A DNA stretch of 64,000 nt. Source: Eledone cirrhosa. Its lineage: Eukaryota. Made by a program: the position numbers and the translations under genes. The notes under the pieces are model-generated. The model was not told the DNA's origin. It made no database searches and saw only the letters and a program-made list of their open reading frames with translations. Shown here in pieces: positions 57,124 through 64,000 of the stretch; positions within the stretch are counted from its first letter, which is position 1, and every line of letters begins with the position of its first letter. The stretch is from positions 260,462,001 through 260,526,000 of the forward strand of contig OZ024740.1 of NCBI GenBank assembly GCA_964016885.1, written 5' to 3'.

Positions 57124-57205
57124 ACTCCCAACTAATTAGTTTCTGAAAGGGATTAAACGTACTATCCGAAGAGAGCACGGAGAAGCCTTTCGTCATCTGG
57201 GAAGT
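57124..57205 (-). ncRNA. Hammerhead-like ribozyme, A4 core variant
   Basis: Reverse complement: acttcc-CAGATGA-c GAAAGG..CCTTTC a-GAA-ACTAATTAGT-T-gggagt; all three stems pair. Confidence 0.65.
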
Positions 57206-57747
57206 CTATTCTCAGCTAAGTTTCCAGGCAATACGTGGACACAGGGAACTTATACAAAAATAATTCAGTGGATGGAAAAAGCAAAGCGAGGACTAATTCC
57301 AAGCCATTGATAAAATCACTGCCTACTGCATCGGTGGCAAATTCAAAAGAATCAATCACGTGACATCGAGGTCAATCAGTGGATAGTGGTTTGTTAGTAA
57401 GACAGCAGCCGTACTGTTACTATAGCACCAGTTTTGGCCATTTTTGCTCGACAAATAATTTTGGAGATAATTATAAAGAATTAGTATATCTAGTAACATA
57501 TATATACACAGATGCATACTTATGTTAGCAAATATATAGGTTTTGTCTTAGTAACTATGTGGTTCAATGCATGGGGTAGCAGAACAATAATATGAGAGAC
57601 GTAAAATAAGAAAATATATATATATATATAACGGCGATGAATTAGTTTTGCGGTGTTTTTGATATGAAATCGTGTGACGAAACAAATATTGTTATACTTG
57701 AAAAGATGGCGTAGGCCTACAATACATCAGGAGGAAACATAATAGTA

Positions 57748-57787
57748 CCAGTGACGATGTTGCAGATGTGCAACGAAAGAACTTTGT
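57748..57787 (+). ncRNA. Degenerate hammerhead-like motif
   Basis: GTGACGA-t GTTGCA gatg TGCAAC-GAAAGAACTT. Confidence 0.45.
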
Positions 57788-58437
57788 TAGACTATATATA
57801 TGTGTTTGTGTCTATATTATATCTGTATTTTTGACCGTTGGTCAGTCAATGGTAACATTGAGGACCGAATAAATTAAATTAACCGATATAAAAGACACAG
57901 AAGCGAAAACCAACCAAACAGCGAGTGTGTTCTGTTATTAATTCTGGCAATATTATTACACAAATATGACCCTCCCCAAGTATAACAATATATATATATT
58001 TATATATATATAGATATATATAGCTATGTGTGATTACACACTTTACAAATTATCCCCTGTGATTGTTTCATGTGTTTATTTCAAATATATATATATGTCA
58101 ATCAATTTCTAGTTGATATATATATATATATATATATATATATTACATCGCGGGAAATAGTCTGTATCATTTGTCTATTATTACTTCATAAATACATTTT
58201 AAACTTATAGCCTCGTTTAAATGATTTTTTATGTGGTTGATTTATACTGATTAGGAGAGGAAATACTGTATATATTTTAACTAATGGTTCTTTGGACTTA
58301 CATTTCGACGACTATTTCGAAACGGCTTGAGCTCTGCCGTCGGAATTAAAAATGTTCATATTACCCACTCTACTACCCTAAGTATGAAGTACTCTGGTGC
58401 GTTATGGTCCACCTGGCTCCTTACCACACCTCCTTAG

Positions 58438-58556
<119 letters not shown>

Positions 58557-58671
58557 TGTATGTGTGTGTGTAGCAATAACCGTGGGTGGAGAAAAGTAAA
58601 AAGTAAAACAGCTTAATCGGGGAGAGAGCAGAAATATATTGTTTATTAATAATACAGAGAACAAAAGAGCG

Positions 58672-58827
58672 ACCTAAGGTTTCAAGGCCCAGTATTGACC
58701 ATATCTACAGAAATGTAAGAGCGATCGAAATTGTGACCTATCTTCATATAGGTGCCTGAAGATCACCATTTTGATTCCTCTTACATTTCTGCAGATATGG
58801 TCAATATTGGGACTTGAAACCTTAGGT
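58672..58827. repeat. 156-bp imperfect palindrome with degenerate outward-facing HHR-like motifs
   Basis: Outer 50-bp arms are nearly perfect; each reads CTG(T/C)AGA..GAA-ACC tta GGT(C). Confidence 0.8.
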
Positions 58828-59147
58828 TTCTACTTTTGGCACACGGCCAGCAATTACCCAGTATATTACTGGTACTTTACTTTATCGACCCCATAAGGAT
58901 GAAAGGCAAAGTTAACCTCGGCGGGATTTGAACTCAGAACGTAAAGGGACGTAACTATGCTGGAAAGCATGGCGTCCGACTCTCTACCGATACTGCCAAT
59001 CCACTGCCAACAAATAATTATTTCTAGTATAGGCACAAGACCAGTAATTTGGGGAGAGGGGGAAGTCGATTAAATCGACCCCAGTACGTTAGTGGTGCTT
59101 TATTTTATCGACCCCGTAAGGATGAAAGGCAAAGTTAACCTCGGCGG
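58826..59147 (-). mobile_element. Two SINE copies
   Basis: Family match (58826-59008 full; 59019-59147 partial, longer subtype). Confidence 0.85.
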
Positions 59148-59162
59148 ATAACAATAATAATA

Positions 59163-59712
59163 AACCGAAGTGGGTGAAAGACCATATTGACAAGGAGGAG
59201 GCTAGCTCACTTTGTAGGATCATAGAAGTAGTATAGGCATAAGCTAGAGTCGATGATAGAAAACGATTAAGTGAAGGTGCTATAGGATTTCAGGATACAG
59301 AGGGACAAGAAATTAGAACACAATAGGCCCGACCTGGTGGTTTTTGACAAGCAAAAAAGATTGTTCCTGATTATAGATGTAGCCTGTCTATTTGGCACGA
59401 GAATGCAAGAAAAGGGGAAGGAACATTTTAACCGATATCAGGATTTAAAGTGGGAGTTAAAAAGGATTTGGGACTGTCATGAGATCAAGGTCGTCCCGAT
59501 TATCATAGGAGCACTAGGTACTATCTCAAATAGTTTTCAAGGATGGTTAAAGAACATTAGTCCAGCCCTTTTTTTGGAACACTTCAAAAGGTATGCTTGC
59601 TGGGAATAGTAAGAACCCTGCGATACGTCCTGAATATCTGAGGCTGCAAGTAGCGGCTTGATATTCATTTCAACAAACTTTCAAGTTAAATAACATCAAT
59701 GATTGAGACTTA
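59163..59712 (+). mobile_element. Dong/R4-clade non-LTR retrotransposon 3' fragment (RLE domain)
   Basis: HNRPDLVVFDK..IIDVAC..RYQDLKWELKRIW..VVPIIIGALG; (TAA)n at both ends. Confidence 0.85.
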
Positions 59713-59748
<36 letters not shown>

Positions 59749-59750
<2 letters not shown>

Positions 59751-62700
59751 TTTCTTTATTAACCACAAGGGTTTACATAAAGTAGACATTAAGGACAGTG
59801 CAGGACAATACAGGACGGTACAAATGGGCATTTCTGCGTGTAAAAAACAAAAACAGAGGATGTAACAAAAAATAACAATGAAAAATTCCCCAATAGGGGG
59901 GGAGACTTCGGAGGGACATTTGTGGAGAAAGCCCAGTAAAAGGCCACAATGACCCTGACCACCAAGGCAAGTGCCCTCTCCCAGTTTTCCACCTTTAATT
60001 TACAGATATATACTCAGAGTAGGCCCATTCACTCGGGCCATTCTTGCTTCTCTCACCCATCTTTCAACAAAATGCTGGGAAGAGAGCACTTCCCTCTCTA
60101 CTCTGATTTTCCTTTTCAAATGAAATTTTAAAAAGTCAATCAGAGCATCACCGAAGAGGAAAGTGCTCGTCTTCAGCCCTATCAAACGTGTCCACCATAC
60201 TATCTCTTTCGCCATGGCCACCAGACAGATAAAAACTGCCTGCCCTTCCCGGCTAAAGGAGGAGGGCGGGGCAATCCTCACGATGGACTCAGATGATAGC
60301 CGGATCCGTCCTAAACGCGACAGCAGGTGTTCGACATAAACCCACAAGTCAGCAATTTTCGGACACTGGACGAGTGCGTGCAGGACGGTTTCGTCGCCCT
60401 GCGCGCATCTCGGACATGCCCGGCTGACGGCACCTCCATGCCTGTAGAGTTTATCCCGAACTGGCAAGGCTCCTCGGTAGCACTGCCAGGCCAGAGATTT
60501 CTGGAAGTTGTCCATAAGCCCTGGCCCGAAAGTTCTTCCGAAGAGATTGGCTAGTTGATTTTCGTCGACGCCTAGAGTTTCCCCAAGTACGTCGTCGCTC
60601 TTCCCCTCCACTAATCCTCTATAGAACGCCGAGGTGGAGTTTCCACCGATCACATTGCCCGATTGGTCGAGGGCTGTGAGCGCCTGAAGACATTCCAGTC
60701 TCCAGGCGCTCCCTCTCGGTCTTCGCTTGACCCAGGACTGCAGCTCCGTCAAGGAAACGAGCTGGGGAAATACGTGTCTAGCAAACGGCGACCACACCTG
60801 ATCACCGTCGAGGAAGAGGTGGAGATGTCGTAGCCTGAGCGCGTGCCTGCGCATCATCAGCCACGGCATGCCCAGCCCTCCACGTAGCGGGTGTTGACAA
60901 CAGATGGACCGCCTGACCATCGGAGCGCGTCCCTTCCACAAAAAGCGAAAGAGCAAACGCTCCAGCGCAGTCAGGCGAGGCTTAGGACAAGGTACGACGG
61001 TCAGGCGGAAGCAGATGACAGACGCGATGTACGCGTTAGCCACCTCCGCTCGACCTTTCAAGGAAAGCTTCCTCTCCGCCCATTTCTGGGTGAGAGAAGC
61101 CACCCTGCTCGTCACCTCGTCCCAGTTTTTGTCCGTCTGGAGGTCCGGACCGAACCAGACCCCTAGCAATTTAACCGGTCCGTCTGTCCAGCGTCCGACG
61201 ACGCTGTTGGACGGCATGGACCTGCCTCTCCAGGTGCCGAGCTGCAGGCCCACTGACTTCTCCTGGTTGATCATTGCTCCTGTCACCGCTTCGTATTCTC
61301 TTAGTGTAGTGCCGATCGCCTCGATGTGTTTGGCGTTCGACACCACTACGGTGACATCGTCCGCATATGCTGACACGGATCTTCCGCATCCTAGTTCGCG
61401 CGGGATGCCCCTCAACGTCTCCAGTTTGTGCAGTAATGGCTCGAGAGTCAATACGTACAAGAGGGACGAGAGGGGACATCCTTGGCGGACCGAGCGCATG
61501 ATGTTGAACGGTTCCGACAGGTGACCGTTCACTCTCACCACAGAGCAGATGTCGCTGTGCATGGCAGCGATCCAGCCTCTGAAGACGGGCCCAAAGCCAG
61601 CCGCCCTCAGGACTGCCGCTAGGTAACGATGGTCGACCCTATCGAAAGCTTTCGACTGATCTAAATTGATCAAGGACCCACCCGTGCCAGGTTCCCTAGC
61701 TACCCTCTCTACGATGTATCGCATGAGGTGGAGGTTGTCGTGGATGGATCTGTCGGGAATGGCGCATGTCTGCGCCTCTCCCACCAGACCACCAACGACA
61801 AGCGCCAACCTCTTTGCTAGCACCTTGGCCAAAATCTTGAACTCTGTGTTTAGCAGAGTTATGGGCCGGAAATTATCTATGTTATCCCCCTTGTTCGGAT
61901 CCTTTCTCAGCAGTGCCACCGCTCCTCGGCTCACAGAACTGGGAATTCTCCCGTTCTGTTGCCAGTTGCAGTAGACTTCCGCCAAGAGGCCTCCGAACAA
62001 GTCTGGCATCTGTACGTAAAGTTCATAGGGCAGACCATCCAAACCAGGCGATTTGCCCCTTGTGCAGCCAGTCATTGCCTCCCTTACTTCAGCGGCTGTT
62101 ATCGGCTTTTCGCAACACTTCGCCTCAGTGGCCGAGAGCCGCGGCAGTCCGTCGAGGTAGACACTAAAGTCCATCCTTCGACCCGGCCCACCGCTGCCCC
62201 GAACAGCTGAGCGAAGTGTCGCTGAAAAGCTTCATGCATTTGCCCGGGATCGAGTAACATGCGCCTGTCGTGGTCCACCAAAGACCGGATCGTGGCTTTA
62301 TTGCCACGACGCGCCTCCGCCACTCGGGCCCATTGAACGGTTTTCGTCCCCTCGTGTCTGAGAGCACGCATCCTAGCTCTGACAACGCAGCCTTCGTGCT
62401 TTGCATTGAAGAATTGGTCAAGGGCCAATTTCGCCGCAAGCACGTCGGTCGCAATGCCTTTGCTAAGCGCCTCGTCTAATTTTCTAACTAATTCTCCCTC
62501 TGCTCTATTTTTCTCTCTTGCTAAAGCCTTACTAAACCTAATCGATTCTATTCTAATCGCTCAGAGCAAACCACCACTTGTTGTTGACGATGGCCCCCGT
62601 CAACGCCCGCTAAACTAGTTCGCTAATCCGGTCTCTGTAGGCCTTGCGCGCTGGTAAGGACGCGTTTAGCTTCCAGTAGCCGGGTCCTCGTCTCTGAAGC

Positions 62701-64000
62701 ATATCTAAGTCAAGCACACAGATCACGAATTTGTGGTCCGTGTAGCTGACTATCTTGAATTGTGGACAGCCTATGCTAGACCTATCTATTTCCCTACAAA
62801 ATACTCTATCTAGATATGATCTGGATGACCCTATGCGATTTGTCCAAGTCTACATTGGCGCATTCGGGAAATCCAATCGGTACCTGTCAGACAGTTCAAA
62901 ACGCCTGAGCAGGTTGGTGAGGCTCTTGCACCCTCCACCCCTATCCGCTAATCCCACACAGTCCCAGCGTGCATCTAAGATTCGTTCCAGTCGCCCACTA
63001 ACACTAAAGAGCGGGACGTTCCAAGAAAGGTCTCCAGACGCCGGAAGAAATCAGGCCGCCCTGCTCCTGTCGAGGCATAGACGGCCACTAGCCTGAAAGC
63101 TTGCCCGTTTCCGCTGGTCACATCCAGCACCACCAACTTACCCTCTGGGTCCAGGAAGATGGCCCGTATGGCGAGATCCAAACCTCTCCGAAAAAGCATA
63201 GCAACTCCTCCCCCCGATCCAGGACGGCTGGGAGATGCGTACACATCGTAGCCGCCGAAAATCGGTGCGAATGCCCGTGCTTCGGAGATTCTGGTCTCGC
63301 TGATGGCCACTACATCTATGTTTAGTGACCTGAGGTCGTTGAGCAGGTGACCCTGCTTCTATGACGACCCCAAGCCACGCGCATTTATGCTGCCTATTCT
63401 GAGTGAGGTCATGTTTAAAATAGAGTGGAAAAGATGGGAAAGACCACTTACCGTACTTTTCGTAGAGGAGGGATGGTTTTTCCATCCCTTTTCACTTGAT
63501 CGTCTGGTGAAGGGACCGTTGAATCGTCCCTTCGGCTGGTCATCGGCTCTTCTATGAGTATGTCCGAATATACTCTTCGGTCGATAGTTCCTCCTAGGTC
63601 TCTGAAATCACCAACTGCGTTGGGGAATTTCGTTTTAATGTTTGTGTATTGTTTCTGTGCTATTTTTAGGAGTCTTATGTTAGTTGGCGTTTGATTGGTG
63701 CTGGTATTATGTAGTCGTGTTGTGAAATATCTGTGTGTTCAATCATGTAAGTCATTAGTTTCTTGTTGTGTGTATTTATTGCCGTGCATTTGTTTTTCTG
63801 GGGGTGGGGTGTGGTTCTGCTATTTTCTTGTCGTTTTTGCTGGGTGTGTGTGTTTTGTTGTAGTGTTTGCGATGTTGGTGCTTGTGGTGGTGGTGTTAAG
63901 GTGTTGTTGTTGTTGGCGGTGGGGTTGTCGCCGGTGGTGATGGTGGTGCTAGTGTGGGTGGTGATGGTGTTGGTGGTGTTGCTGCTGTGAGTCTCTTTGC
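59749..64000 (-). mobile_element. L1/Tx1-clade LINE: ORF2 (APE + RT + Cys-knuckle, 63412 to 60000) and putative ORF1 tail
   Basis: SINARGL, AISETR, GDWN, KSPGLDGL, FRPITLLN, LDQSKAFDRV, RQGCPLS, YADD, CPRC..ETVLHALVQC; stop and frameshifts in the APE/linker; runs off the window. Confidence 0.93.
60000..62174 (-). CDS. Open 724-aa RT/C-terminal portion of L1/Tx1 ORF2
   Basis: Uninterrupted RT motifs, but cut off from the APE part by a frameshift, so probably non-functional. Confidence 0.8.
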   Translation of the reverse strand: MDFSVYLDGLPRLSATEAKCCEKPITAAEVREAMTGCTRGKSPGLDGLPYELYVQMPDLFGGLLAEVYCNWQQNGRIPSSVSRGAVALLRKDPNKGDNIDNFRPITLLNTEFKILAKVLAKRLALVVGGLVGEAQTCAIPDRSIHDNLHLMRYIVERVAREPGTGGSLINLDQSKAFDRVDHRYLAAVLRAAGFGPVFRGWIAAMHSDICSVVRVNGHLSEPFNIMRSVRQGCPLSSLLYVLTLEPLLHKLETLRGIPRELGCGRSVSAYADDVTVVVSNAKHIEAIGTTLREYEAVTGAMINQEKSVGLQLGTWRGRSMPSNSVVGRWTDGPVKLLGVWFGPDLQTDKNWDEVTSRVASLTQKWAERKLSLKGRAEVANAYIASVICFRLTVVPCPKPRLTALERLLFRFLWKGRAPMVRRSICCQHPLRGGLGMPWLMMRRHALRLRHLHLFLDGDQVWSPFARHVFPQLVSLTELQSWVKRRPRGSAWRLECLQALTALDQSGNVIGGNSTSAFYRGLVEGKSDDVLGETLGVDENQLANLFGRTFGPGLMDNFQKSLAWQCYRGALPVRDKLYRHGGAVSRACPRCAQGDETVLHALVQCPKIADLWVYVEHLLSRLGRIRLSSESIVRIAPPSSFSREGQAVFICLVAMAKEIVWWTRLIGLKTSTFLFGDALIDFLKFHLKRKIRVEREVLSSQHFVERWVREARMARVNGPTLSIYL

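Noticed and set aside
60327-63096. Plus-strand ORFs over the Tx1 element (similar antisense ORFs lie over PLE, RTE and hAT)
   Set aside because: Antisense shadows of coding sequence with no recognisable motifs.

Overview
AT-rich animal genomic DNA, very probably cephalopod (Octopus-like, inferred from the SINE family, the RTE/Dong/Penelope content and the huge (TA)n/(CA)n tracts). No host protein-coding gene could be supported. The window is a nested transposon patchwork: at least 8 Penelope-like elements (PLEs; Neptune-like YLDD and Naiad-like YRDD RT plus GIY-YIG), RTE, CRE, Dong/R4 and L1/Tx1 LINEs, a decayed hAT, non-autonomous Helitrons, a Tc1-like MITE and about 13 tRNA-type SINE copies. 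Most listed ORFs are microsatellite artefacts. The main signal, read by eye: about 25 minimal type-I hammerhead-ribozyme (HHR)-like motifs, nearly all pointing toward a nearby (TA)n tract, and repeated fold-back elements (156 bp to 5.6 kb) whose inverted arms place an outward-facing HHR at each end. One element (51.1-56.7 kb) is best explained as a second-generation copy made from the antisense transcript of an already dead palindromic PLE. Several families carry recurrent catalytic-core variants (U3-A8, U3-A8 plus GCAA, A4). All alignments and folds are manual, boundaries are approximate, and ribozyme activity is untested.
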